DNA from: Octopus vulgaris | Lineage: Eukaryota | DNA length: 64,000 bases | Reading direction: 5' to 3' | Assembly: GCA_951406725.2 (NCBI GenBank) | Contig: OX597815.1 | Location: 51,088,001-51,152,000 of the forward strand | Shown: positions 1 to 12,202 of the stretch, in pieces | Layout: each line of letters begins with the position of its first letter | How positions within the stretch are numbered: the first letter of the stretch is position 1 | Notes under the pieces: generated by a model | The model's input: only the letters and a program-made list of their open reading frames with translations | Databases searched by the model: none | Told to the model about the DNA's origin: nothing | Program-made: the position numbers and the translations under genes

Positions 1-925
1 AGATAGAAAGATAGAAAGAAGGATAGATAGAACAAAAGGTGAGAGAACAAGCCAAACCCAGAGCTGAAGGTAAATATAAAGGAGAGAGCCCAAGAGAAGC
101 ATGAATGAAGAGGTCAGCAGTCAAGCATTAAAAGATATGTTGAAAGGAGAAATAGGATAGTCACCTAGTACCAAAAAGGGGAAAGTGAGAAAAAAGGTAG
201 TGAAGGGCAGAGAAAAAGGCCAAGGAAAAGATGGAAGCAAAGTAAAGGGAGAAAAAAGCAGACGGAAAGAAATGCAGAAGGAGATAAAAGAGAGGGCAGA
301 GAGAAAGAAGGGGAATAAAGGAGGAGCCCTTTTTAAACAATCACATATGATTCGTCCCAAAGAATCAACCTTTAAATAAGAGTTTTGCTTCCACTAGCAA
401 AAGCTATACACATCTTTTAGAAAGATCCATACTAATTTAACTTTATGCAGCATTCACTATTATTTTTTGTGCAGGCTATGTGGGAAGACAGAATAAAGGG
501 GCCTTTGTTAGCTTCTCTCTCGAAAAAAATAGTTCCCTTTGCTGTTGAAATAAACTCACAGAGGGGAAGTTTCAACATCTTCCTTCAATTTCATTACACC
601 ATTTATGTGCCTGTTTCTGACAAGAAATTTCGCTTTCATGTAAAACAATTATATTTTGTAGTCATTATCTGTAATGTACTCCCAAAACACTTCAGTAGCT
701 CTACTTTGCATCACTCGCAGACTTATATGTTCTATGATTGTTAAAGTGCAGCGTCCTCTACAATAACCAGCCTTCAGTTTCATTTTCTGTTCCTAGGTTT
801 ATTGGAAACATAGATTGCTGTGCTACTCATAAACCTTCTAGGTAGTTCAATTATTTGGTGGAAATAATACCACCAAAGCAACTTAAACCATCCAAAGGAT
901 GGGTGCATTTGCTAGTATATATATA

Positions 926-1092
926 AGAAGAGGTATGGTTGTGTGGTAAGAAGCCTGCTTACCAACCTTATAGTTTCAGGTTCAGTTCCACTGCATGGCA
1001 CCTTAGGCAAGTGTCTTCTACTATAGCCTCAAGCTGACCAAAGTCTTGTGAGTGGATTTGGTAGATGGAAACTGAAAGAAGCCCATCATGTA
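926..1092 (+). mobile_element. tRNA-derived SINE family A, 5' part
   Basis: A-box-like TGGTTGTGTGG and B-box-like GGTTCAGTTCC, followed by the core GGCACCTTAGGCAAGTGTCTTCTACTATAGCC...GTGAGTGGATTTGGTAGATGGAAACTGAAAGAAGCCC. This core recurs more than 10 times in the window. Confidence 0.8.
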
Positions 1093-1112
1093 TGCATATG
1101 TATACTTATTTA

Positions 1113-1815
1113 CAGGGTGCAATGGGTAAATTGTTGCCATTTTATATTTTTAATTTCACACATGCACATTGTTTAGTTTTGATTTTGTCAACTACACAGT
1201 ATAGTAGGGTCAGTTGGGCACTGTCTCTAAAAAAAATAGCACCATGGTGCAATTCACTCTACCAGAAATTTAGAAACGACATGCTGTACTGCTTGGCATT
1301 TGAGCTGGAAGCTCCAGTACAAACAGATGGTGAACACACAGAACAACCGTTGGCTTGCCATGTCCCCAAACCATATACCAAAAGTGATAAAAATCAAACA
1401 CCCAGTCAGCATCATGGTGTTTGGAGTGATCACTAGTGATGGTGACGTTATGCCTCTATTCATTTTCTCATATGGCCTCACACTCAACACGGAGGCCTAC
1501 ATCAAGTGCTGGGGAAGGTAGTACTGCCCTGGGTCAAGAGCATGGCTGCTGGAAGACCCTATGTCCAGCAATAGGATTCTGCATCATGCTACACAAGCAG
1601 GAGAACCCAGCCATGACAGTCAGACAATTTCTGTGACCACATCACCCCTAACATCTGGCCACCTAACTCACCACGCTGCAATTCCCTTGATTATTATGTG
1701 TGGGGCACAGTTGAGCAAGAGACCACAAAACTCCTTGTAACACAAAAGATGAACTGAAGGCAAGGGTTATGGCAGCATTCACCAACTTAAACAAGGGGAC
1801 CATCCAGAAGAGTTG
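1113..1815 (+). mobile_element. Truncated, decayed Tc1/mariner-superfamily element (maT/DD37D-like) with transposase fragments
   Basis: Starts TA|CAGGGTG. Broken frames give HPVSIMVFGVITSDG, QQ*DSA and WPPNSPRCNSLDYYVWG (cf. WPPNSPDxNPLDYYVW of maT-like transposases). Right end missing. Confidence 0.7.
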
Positions 1816-1821
1816 TATATG

Positions 1822-2270
1822 CATCATCATCGTCTTCATCATTGTTTAATGTCTGCCTTCCATGCTGTCATGAGTTGGACAGTTTGAGAGGTGCCAGCCA
1901 GGTAGAAGACTACATCATACTTCTGTGTCTGTTTTGGCAGGGTCTTTATGACAGGATACTCTTCATAACACCATTCACCCCCCCCCCACCTCAACAGTGG
2001 ACTGGGTGCTTTTTACATGGCACCAGCACAGACAAGCATGGTTTTTACACCTGGATGCCCTTCCAAATGCCAACCACTGCACAGTGTGGACTGGATGCTT
2101 CTTATATGGCACCACCACCAACAGGGTCACTAAGTAAATTGCAAGACAAAGAATTTTTTGAGCGGAGGACCATTGGAGGAGGTGATCTTGTGTGAGATGA
2201 TGAAAGGTTAAAGTATGACAGAGAAACATTAGATAAAAACAGGTGTCTTGCTATAGAGGAAGTACATGCT
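1822..2270 (-). mobile_element. Dispersed retroelement 3'-end repeat (RTE-related tail/SINE-like) ending in (GAT)n on minus
   Basis: (CAT)n + TTTAATGTCTGCCTTCCATGCTGTCATGAGTTGGACAG and CTGGATGCCCTTCC motifs, shared with 7020-7440, 13988-14270, 44641-44745 and 56875-56905. Confidence 0.55.
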
Positions 2271-2308
<38 letters not shown>

Positions 2309-3010
2309 AAGAGAGAGAGACTGCAGCTATGCAAGGGCATCTCCTTGAAGAACTTTTAGTTGAATGAATCAAACCCAGTACTTTTTTCTTTAAGCCTAGT
2401 ACTGATTCTATCAATCTCTTTTGCTGAACTGCAAAGTCACGAGCACATAAATACACCAACACATATATACATACTCAACCAGTCAACCACCAGGCTATCC
2501 ATTTTTACATTTTTCTCTCTAATTAACTGTTAGTTTGTTTGTTCATCCGTCTATCTGTTTATTCATTTATATGGCTAGTTAACTAGTTGTTTACCTATCT
2601 ACCATTTTCTCTCTAAGCATCAAAATACTGTACTAATTAGTCAGCTCCAAATGTACTTAAAATGATATAATCTTAGAACATCTGACTGCATCTTTTCTGA
2701 AATGACCAAAGTTGCTGGAGAAACTATAGAATATTTTGGGAAACGGCAAAGAAAATAACTGTGTGTAATGTTGATTTATTTATTATTAATCAATGATCAT
2801 TGATATCCCACAAAAATATAAATTACAACTCAGTAAACAGCAACAATTTATGATTGCAATAGCATACTGAAAGTACCAAATATAAATCTGAGTGTTGTTC
2901 TGCGCAATAAATACCATGTGTTTAAATGACAGAGTACTTTGTAAATATTGTCAAAATAAATGAGAATTAGTTTTTATAATAAAAGAGTGATAGTTTATCT
3001 TTTATATATA

Positions 3011-3222
3011 TAGTTAATCTAAACATGAAAACACAAAGAGAAAACACAACAATATGGGGACGTGGAACAAGTATAGTGTTATTGGACGCTCAGGAAAGGA
3101 AAGAAAGAAAGAGGATTTAACGTTTCGAGCAGAGCTATTTGTCAGAAACATAGAAAAAGGAAAGATCCAAGGAAGGGAAGATGGAGGAAAAAAAAATCGC
3201 CAATGATACACACGTGGTCACA
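3011..3222 (-). mobile_element. ~200-bp dispersed repeat with a degenerate minimal hammerhead (Penelope-like terminal-repeat relic)
   Basis: Similar to 18217-18420 and 22982-23150. Minus strand 3115-3149 reads GUUU-CUGACAA-AUAGC-UCU-GCUC-GAAAC-GUU-AAAU. Confidence 0.55.
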
Positions 3223-3277
3223 TATATATATATATATGTCACAACGATACACATGCAGTCACATATATATATATATA

Positions 3278-4227
3278 GTTATGAGAAAATGGGGGTCGAA
3301 TCAATTAATTATTAATAAATTCGACCAAGCAGTATTCGGTATGTAAAGACCATTTACGGTGTATTTGAAGTATTAATTTATAAAAATATGGTAAAGTAAA
3401 AGAATTCACTTTACCACACACCGAACTTTTCCGAAATAGCAGCCAAAAACTTGGCTATTTCTTCAACTGCAAATAAAAGTCTCCAGACAATGTATACTCA
3501 GAAAAATAACTTGTTTTTCCCTTATTCCTATGTGAGTTATTTTTCTGAGTATACATTGTCTGGAGACTTTTATTTGCAGTTGAAGAAATAGCCAAGTTTT
3601 TGGCTGCTATTTCGGAAAAGTTCGGTGTGTGGTAAAGTGAATTCTTTTACTTTACCATATTTTTATAAATTAATACTTCAAATACACCGTAAATGGTCTT
3701 TACATACCGAATACTGCTTGGTCGAATTTATTAATAATTAATTGATTCGACCCCCATTTTCTCATAACAATATAATGCTTTCTCTCCAAGAATTTAAACT
3801 GCAGTTTTTACCTCTGTAGAAATGGAATGCTCTATGACTCACGTGGGCGGACAGGGAGAATAATAGATCTCATTCGTATTTTTGGATTCGCTAGTACTGG
3901 ATGTCTGGCATAGTTTGTCCGATGTTACAGATATCGGACGGGTATGTTTGATTCTTAGTATTTTCAAATCTAAATCAAAAGAAATCTCTGAGCTGATGAA
4001 GGAAAAGTGGCGTTTTACCCACAAATCCAGAAACAGACTGTCCTCGGGTATCGTATATGGATGTGATCTTTCATTGTTTTTCCCTTATTCCTATGTGAGT
4101 TATTTTTCTGAGTATACATTGTCTGGAGACTTTTATTTGCAGTTGAAGAAATAGCCAAGTTTTTGGCTGCTATTTCGGAAAAGTTCGGTGTGTGGTAAAG
4201 TGAATTCTTTTACTTTACCATATTTTT

Positions 4228-4235
<8 letters not shown>
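3278..4235 (+). mobile_element. Non-autonomous hammerhead-bearing element (Penelope-like/retrozyme-like): inverted 5' arm plus partial tandem unit
   Basis: 3278-3511 is the reverse complement of 3535-3768. 3511-3672 is directly repeated at 4074-4235 (period 563 bp). Flanked by (TA)n, contains a hammerhead and has no meaningful ORF. Confidence 0.8.
3987..4048 (+). ncRNA. Type I hammerhead ribozyme, predicted cleavage after GUC at C4042
   Basis: Stem I UCUGAG(3987-3992)/CUCGGG(4043-4048). Core CUGAUGA(3993-3999). Stem II A-GGA-AAA-GUGG-loop-CCAC-AAA-UCC-A. GAAA(4030-4033). Near-palindromic stem III ACAG-A-CUGU. GUC triplet. Confidence 0.8.
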
Positions 4236-4292
<57 letters not shown>

Positions 4293-5102
4293 CTATTTAA
4301 TATACTTTATATATTGATCAGTCTAATTTGCTTATCCCTACATTTACTTCAATGTGTGTGTGTGTGTGTGTGCATGCATGTGTGTGCACACACATAAATA
4401 TATATGATTATGAGTGGAAGCAATGATTTTATCACTCAGTCAGATAAATGCTCAGTTACTTACACCAACACTGAAACATTTAATATTGACTTCAAATTTT
4501 GGCACAACACCAGCAATTTGGGGGGAGGGACCAGTCGATTACATCAACCCCAATGTTCTACTGGTATTTGATTTATTGACTTCAAAAGGAATAAGATGAA
4601 AGGCAAAGTTGACCTCGGCAGCTTGAAACATTGATATGAAAGAAAGTGGCAACCAGAGCTAAGGATCTAACAAGGAATCAGAACCAAGTGAAAGTTAAAG
4701 CTAAGAAGGAAGTTAGTTAATGGAGAAAGCCTCTATGTGATCATTCAATCTGATAGAAATCATAACCAAATCTCCATCATATCACATTTTACTAACTTAA
4801 AAATGGGTGGACATGGTGATCAATGTAGTTCAAAGTATACTATGAGTAAAAGAAAGAGGAAATGTTCCACAAGTAGAACACATTTCCATTAGGGGATGTC
4901 ATAGGACTAAGCAATAACAGCAACAACATGTTTGAAAATCTTTCATCCCATCCTGTGACCTCTTCAGTGACTATCCATCCCACATGTCTCCTCCTGCTCT
5001 ATTTAGTCCCAATAAGAACAACTAGCAAAAATTTGACAATAGAAGTGTCAGTTGTATTTTGATGAGATGGTTTACATCTCTCATTTGTAACATTATGTAG
5101 TT

Positions 5103-5322
5103 AAGGTGGCAAGCTGGCAGAAACGTTAGCATGCCAGGCAAAATACTTAGCAGTATTTCGTCTGAGTTCAAATTCCACTGAGGTTGACTTTGCCTTTCAT
5201 CCTTTTGGGGTTGATTAAATAAGTACCAGTTACACACTGGGGTCGATGTAATCGGCTTAATCCTTTGTCTGTTCTTGTTTGTCCCCTCTATGTTTAGCCC
5301 CCTGTGGGCAATAAAGAAATAA
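5103..5322 (+). mobile_element. tRNA-derived SINE family B
   Basis: AAGGTGGCAAGCTGGCAGAAACGTTAGC...GAGTTCAAATTCC (B box)...GACTTTGCCTTTCATCC. Related copies at 5430-5645, 4485-4620(-), 40615-40790(-) and 49383-49585. Confidence 0.75.
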
Positions 5323-5429
5323 ATATTATGTAATTATTATTAAGGTGGTGAGCTGGCAGAGATAAAACAAATAAAGTACATCACCTTACTTTTATTCTTA
5401 ATACTTGTAATATATAAATGTTGCAGTTA

Positions 5430-5645
5430 GGATGGTGAGCTGGCAGAACTGTTAGCATGCCAGGCAAAATGCTTAGTGGTATTTCATTTGTCCTTACATT
5501 CAGAGTTCAAATTCTCCCAAAGTCAATTTTACCTTTAATCCTTTTTGGGTTGATAAAAAAAGGTACCAGTTAAACAGAGGGGTCGAAGTAATTGATTTAC
5601 CCCACCCCTGAAATTGCTGGCCTAATGCCAAATTTGAAATCAATA
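5430..5645 (+). mobile_element. tRNA-derived SINE family B copy
   Basis: Same head and body as 5103-5322. Confidence 0.7.
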
Positions 5646-5819
5646 TTATGTAGTTATTATAACAACAAAAAATCCATTTCAGTTATTATTCATCACAGTG
5701 AGGTTTAATAACTACCAAGGATGTCCCCTGGTGAAAGTACAAACTTAACATAACTAGAACCACATCTAAAATAACTGACCTTTCTCTTTAAGGCCAGAAA
5801 GTATTTAGGCCCCAAAAGC

Positions 5820-6142
5820 TTGATTTCCAAGCACATGGTTCCAGGTTGAGTATAGCCTTGGGCTGACCAAAGCCTTATGAGTGGATTTGGTAGATGGAAA
5901 CTGACAGAAGCCCATTGCGTGTGTCTTTGTGTTTCTCCCTTCCCCCACTACTTGACAACTATTGCTGGTGCATTTACGTCTCTGTAACTTAGCAGATCAG
6001 TAACAAGAGAATTATAGAATAAGTACCAGGCTTGATGAAATAAGTATTGAGTTTTTTTTCATTTGACTAAAAATTCTTCAAGACACTGCCCCAGAATGGA
6101 TGCAGTATAACGACTGAAACAAGTAAAAGATAAAAGATAAAA
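5820..6142 (+). mobile_element. SINE family A copy (internally deleted)
   Basis: Core CCAAAGCCTTATGAGTGGATTTGGTAGATGGAAACTGA and 3' GACTGAAACAAGTAAAAGATAAAAG tail. Confidence 0.7.
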
Positions 6143-6233
6143 AGGCTCAGAGATGGTCCACTGTAGATGTGAGAGCAAGACACTCAGGTTGTCTACATGT
6201 GTAGTTACCTCATGTTACACATATAGATATATA

Positions 6234-6449
6234 CAAGGGGGTGCTGAAAATTCTTGGCTTTAAGAGTATCCCAAAAAGCCTGGTTGGAGGCCCAACCTTC
6301 TAAGTTCTTTTACAGGACTTAGAAAAAGTGAAGGACCACTGCAATAAATGCATGAATCTGAGAGGAGAATATGTTGAATAAAATCAAAATTACCTGATCT
6401 CCTTGTATTTTGTCTTACCCAAAGCCAGGGACTTTTCAGCACCCCCTTG
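6234..6449 (+). mobile_element. Mariner-derived MITE
   Basis: TIRs CAAGGGGGTGCTGAAAATTCTTGGCTTT / AAAGCCAGGGACTTTTCAGCACCCCCTTG with TA on both sides. Interior retains a mariner C-terminus (CNKCMNLRGEYVE*). Confidence 0.8.
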
Positions 6450-7011
6450 TAGACTTATAGACTGCATTCAGTGTAAGGCCACTCAAGTGGTTGACATAAA
6501 GTCATCAACAGACATGCTCCAGCCTCTGATCCTTTTGAATGTTGTCTCCTTTCTCTGTCTTTTCTACTATTACTATAATGACTCCAGATTCTCAGAGCTG
6601 GAAAGTGTCATGTTTCCTTTTAGACACTCCCATCTCAGTTGTCTTTCCTCTTTCTCTCACCCATGTTATGATCACACCCACCCCAATCAGGCCTCTCACT
6701 AACCTCTACACCCAGTCCTTTGGAACTCTCTTCATGCTCATATTTTTCTTGCAGATGTCAACATGCGATACTCTAAGTGGAACAATAGTTGTATGAATCT
6801 CACTTATCTTAAGGAACTAATGAAAGCCATAGACACTGTTTCTTTCTCAAAACCAAGCAGGTAGAGAAAAATCTTCTGTTAAATAAGTGCCTTCAAGGAA
6901 TTAAAGTTGTGATTGTTTCAGATATTGCAGAAGCAAATCAAAAACTCTGGTCTGAAATAAAGTGTTATATTAACAATAACTCCTCCTCCTCGGTGGTAGT
7001 TGAGGCAGTGT

Positions 7012-7052
<41 letters not shown>

Positions 7053-10000
7053 TCGTCATCACCCATCTTCCGTGTTAGCATAGGTTGGGACGTCTTGCTA
7101 ATAGCTGGTAAGCTCCACTGTCTTTTATGGCATGATTTTTATTGCTAGCTGTCCTTCTTTATGCCAACCACTTTATGGAATGGACTGCATGCTTTTTACA
7201 TGGTACCAGCACTGGTGAGGTCACCAAGTAATTTGCAAGACAAAGATCCCTCAAAAGTGGTGGGGTGGGTATTAAATGAGGTGGCTTTATACCAGGTGAT
7301 GAGAGGAACAGAAACAGGTGTCTTGCTACACAGGAAATGCATAGTTACCCCAGTTAGAGGAAGAGAGAGAGCGAGAGTAAGACAGAGCAAGAGAGATAGT
7401 GGCAAAGTGCCAGGGTATACTCTCAAGGTACGCAGATGTGAACATTAGCAATAACTGGTTGTATTAACAATAACTGATTCTATTAATATTAACAATAACT
7501 GGTTCTGTTAATATACATTTAGACATTAATAATGACTGAATAATTAATAATTTAAAATTAAAAATCTCAATGAACTGTTATTGTCAATTTTGCTTTCCTA
7601 GACAATTCTAATGGTTATGGCTGGTTAGTATTATCTTGTGTTTCTAAGCAAAGGAATGGAAATAAATGGAAAATAGTGTTAAGCAAAGATTGATCATACT
7701 TTTATTAGGTTTCAGGTTGGACCCTACTGATATTAATAAACATTTTATTTTAAAAAATGGGACATCAAAAGGATTTATAATTCCCTGACTGAGTTTATTT
7801 TAATCTGTTGCATACAAAAGTAATTAAATAATCACATTATCATATGAGGAACTTTCTCCAAACTAATATGATTTATTGAAGTCTAACTGAGTTGACACAC
7901 ATTCATATTGTGAAGGTTTATTATTCTTAGAGGAAAAAAATAGCAAATTTATAGAGAAATCTGTTATTTGTATTTGAATATTGTTCCGAAAAGTTTTGTT
8001 TAGGTATCATAGAGTCAGGTTTTTTTTTTATTTTTATGGAATCATTCATCATTTAATCAATGCTCGTTTTTATTTAGCTGTGATTTAAAGGTCCCTACAA
8101 TTGTACAATTACACAAAACCACTCCATAAGAGTGAAAGGCTAAGATTTCAAACAGCATTTATAGAGTTATGATTCAATATTCTGCACAGAGTTATATTGT
8201 GGTCATTTACATAGTTTCAAATATGTTTTATTATCATGAAGAATTGACAAAACAAAAACAAAAAGAAAAAAATATCAGAACAAAAGCAAACAAGTAAACA
8301 AAAATAAAATATGCATATTAACAAAGTTCCGGATATTAGCCATGTGATTGAATATTGGTAACACTGTTATTGATGGTGTAACTACCTGTTGGCATTTGCT
8401 GAGTTGTTATTCATATTTTCACAGGATATCAAAAGCCATTGATTAACAATAAATATGTCAGCGTTACTCACAAATATTTTCTCGTCTGCCTTCTCCCAAA
8501 TATTCCATAATTTCTCGGCAAGTTTGGTCACTTCAAAAAAGATGCAGCCAGATGGTTCTGACAGAATCTTGCCTTGGGTAGACAGGGAGCTTTGAACAAA
8601 GTCTCCACATGACTATCAGTTTCCATATTCAGCATATCAGTAATTTAGAGGCTTTTTCTGTCATGAAAGATACAAAGTCATCTCATATCCTTTGAGGATG
8701 TTGACAAGGAAGAACTCTCTCTACTGCTTGCCATTCAAGTAAAAACCCCGCTGCTCGTTGCAAGGTCATAATATTAATAATTACAAATAAAACAATATGA
8801 TTTCTCAGCTCTCAGATCAAAATAGCTTGTTGAGCTGAAAAGGAAGGCAGACAAGTCAATGTTAACCAAAATGGATGCCAGCAGGACATGAGGGTGGGTA
8901 GGCATGGAATTGATCAAAATAGAAGTAATGGAAAGAATGTCATAGTTTGACACTTTAAAGAGATTCTTTTTTGTTTTCTCCTCCTCCATTCTAGTCTCAT
9001 TCACCTCTTCCTTTTCTCCATTCTCTTTATTGGCAATCATTTCAACATACAAAAGGATATAAAAAAAGACAATATAAACAAAAAATTTTCACATTATAAC
9101 AATATTGCTTGTAGCTGTTTTTGATAGATGTTTCTCCAATAAAGGGGCTATGCACCGTTCAGAGATTTGCAGGGCTTGTTGGATTCACCTTTCACCAGCA
9201 TTTAAAACTATCCACTTGCATAAGTGAACAAACATACTTGCACACATTAGATGTATCTGAATGGTTAATGATCGTGACGGGACACTAGACTTATCCATTG
9301 ACCTTTCCACTAACACTGCAGCGTGGACCCAACTTCAAGTGAAGCTGCTGCTGCTGCTGCTACTCCTCTACTGCTGCTTCCTACACATTTAACATATGTA
9401 ATCCTTCACTCTTACACACAAACTTCTGTCTTTTCATCATAATCATTCTGCTCATAGTTTTTGTTACTGTTACATTAACATTTATTATTATCCTCGGCCA
9501 TCATCATCACCAGCAGCAGCAGCAGCAGTAGCAGCATTACTACTCCTGCTGCTGTTGTTATTCGTATTTTTCCTGACAGTTTTATAAATATCTCAGCTTT
9601 GCCTTATTCAGATGCATTTTCTGTTTCTTATTCTTTATTTTATTATTGAAATTTGTATCTCTTCAAACTTTTCCTTGCCCCTCCCCTCACCCTCTCCCTT
9701 CTCCCTACCTGATATGTTGACTCCATGCCTTTTTTACCTTTGCTTTTTTTTTTGTTAAGATGAGGAAGTTTGAATCTAAGAGAAGAATTAATCAAATAGC
9801 ACCAAACTTAAGATAGGAATGGTTGGATGGTTGGATGGAGAGAGAGAAAATAGTGGACAAAAACTGTAAAGAAATTTAGGTGAGAAGAAAAAGGAAAGAA
9901 AAGAGAAAAGAGGAGTATAATAAGATGTGATGGTGGGGTTGGGGCAAGAATGAACACGTTAAGAGAAAGAAGAAATACTAGGAAGTAAATAGGAAGGAAT

Positions 10001-12008
10001 TTGAGGAAGGAGAATCAAAGAAAGGTGGTTATAAGAAGAGCAGAAAGGAGTAAAAAAACAAGTGAAAGATTAAGAGAGGAGAAATCAGAAAAAAAAAACA
10101 CATGGAAAAGAGAGTGAGAAGTAAAAGGAATAAGAGAATAAAATCAAAGAAAATCAAAAGATAAAAATGGTAAAAATAAATCAGAAATTTGAAAAAAATA
10201 TCTGTTTATGGCATGGTGTTTGTGGACTAAAGCTTTATCGCTTTACAAGAATTTCTTGCTTTAGCAGAGCATTTACTAAAATTTCCAAGAAACAAGCAGT
10301 TTTAATTTCAATTTTTCTTTTGCTTTCATATTTGTTTTGTTTCATTTTATATAAATGGAAGATGACTTATTTTTTGTAAATATGATAAATATTACAGAGA
10401 TAAGTCTTGTAAGACAATTTTTATCTCTAAAACAAAATTTACAAAATATATGATATGTGAAGACTACATGTAGGGACAAGAAGTAAGAAAGATATCTCAT
10501 ATAACGTTAATTTTATTTTATTTTACTGTATTTATCAGATGTTTCTTTACAATTCTGACAATGTTTAAGGGCAGCTGTGAACTTATCTATATTATTTCTG
10601 GTCTCCCTTCGAAGTGCTTGCTGCTTATAACAATCTTCAACTAGCCATCAAATAAACATGTACACAAGTTATCAAGGGATCCTCTATATGGACACTCAAT
10701 TTGCTAGAACTAACAACCAAATCCATTTCAAATTGCACCCTATTGTTTTTTAAATGGCAGGAAATAATATGTTTACATCCAGGATAATGCAATTCCTGAT
10801 AAATTATTCCTTTGAAAAATACACTGAATAATCATGAACTGAACATCTTTGTTCATAGGGCTGTTCAGCCACGACTAACCCAGGGCTAAACAGAAATTAC
10901 ATGAACACTGGTTTCTCTGTCCCAAACTGTTTTTGAAATTATTGCTTCTTACTTCAACCAAGCTTAGATCACATTTCCAATTCCCAATAGTGTACAGTGA
11001 ATCACTACTAATAATTACTAATTTAATATCATATTTAGTGTCCCTATGCTTTAAAGTCTATTCTTGAAGAAATATTCCATATCTTCACCTCTAATTGCAA
11101 TTTATTGAATTGCAGTAAGGAATTACTAGTGAAATGCAGGCATTCATTTAGAAAAGTATTTAAGTATTTTCTAATAAAGATTTTTAATTAGATATCATGT
11201 AGATAGAAGTGCACATGAATTAACCTAGTCAAATAATAATCAAACATTTAGTTTAGTTAGATTTTAACAAATTCACACTAAATTTCAGTTATATATTTGT
11301 GAATTGAAACAAAATATGATTTGAATTTCAACTTACTTTATTCATCTCTCTTCTAATATTCAAAAAAGTATAAAACTTATTATTTTGTACTTGTTTGATT
11401 ACCCAAATTGAAATGATATTTATTTCCTCTTTCTTGCAACTTCTTTTAAATCTGTTCATTTACCTTATATGGTATCATATTATCCTCATTATGAATGGTC
11501 AGTGATGTGAATGCATCCTGAACTAATTAAGGATTTTCGTCTTAAGTGTGTAAAATAATCTGTTCCCTTAATATCTAAAATGGTCGTTCTAAATTTAAGT
11601 GATACCAGAACTATAGTCATGTCATATTTCAATCCAAACTCTGCTGTCATTGTACCAAGAGGTTTTCTGGTCTCTCATTCAGAATATACTTTAGGGACTG
11701 CTCAATACTTGAATCCTCAGTTCACTTCACCCACCCAAATGGATAAAACCTTGAACAAAGCTGCATAGCAATGTCTACCTTGGATGAATATGTACTGCAA
11801 ATGAATCAACCAAATGCACATAAATGCTACATCAAAGGACACTAGGACACCTATCCAGCAGAAACTTGTGTCAGATTGAAATTTGATGAGAATAATACTG
11901 TAATAAATAAATTTTGAAGATGTATAATTCTTCTTTGTGGTATCTTGTAAATGTGTGTATACGTACATACGTACATACATACATACACAAGAGACATGAA
12001 ACTGATCG

Positions 12009-12202
12009 TTTTTAACAGTGGAACTTGGAGTAAATAAAGCTATAAATAACAGCATGTAAATATTAGATTTAAAAAAGACTCTTGGATGGAAAACGTCAAA
12101 GGTTGCCCGCGGGATTCAAAGCAACATCTGTAAACATGATAAATGTTCTACCATCGCACCATTGTTTATAGCTTTATCTACTTTAAGTTTCACTGTTAAA
12201 AA
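12009..12202. mobile_element. Fold-back/MITE-like element with ~40-bp imperfect TIRs around a tRNA-like core
   Basis: TTTTTAACAGTGGAACTTGGAGTAAATAAAGCTATAAATAA vs TTGTTTATAGCTTTATCTACTTTAAGTTTCACTGTTAAAAA. Confidence 0.55.

Noticed and set aside
3839-4154. ORFs overlapping the hammerhead element
   Set aside because: Short, no recognisable domain, and the sequence is better explained by RNA structure.
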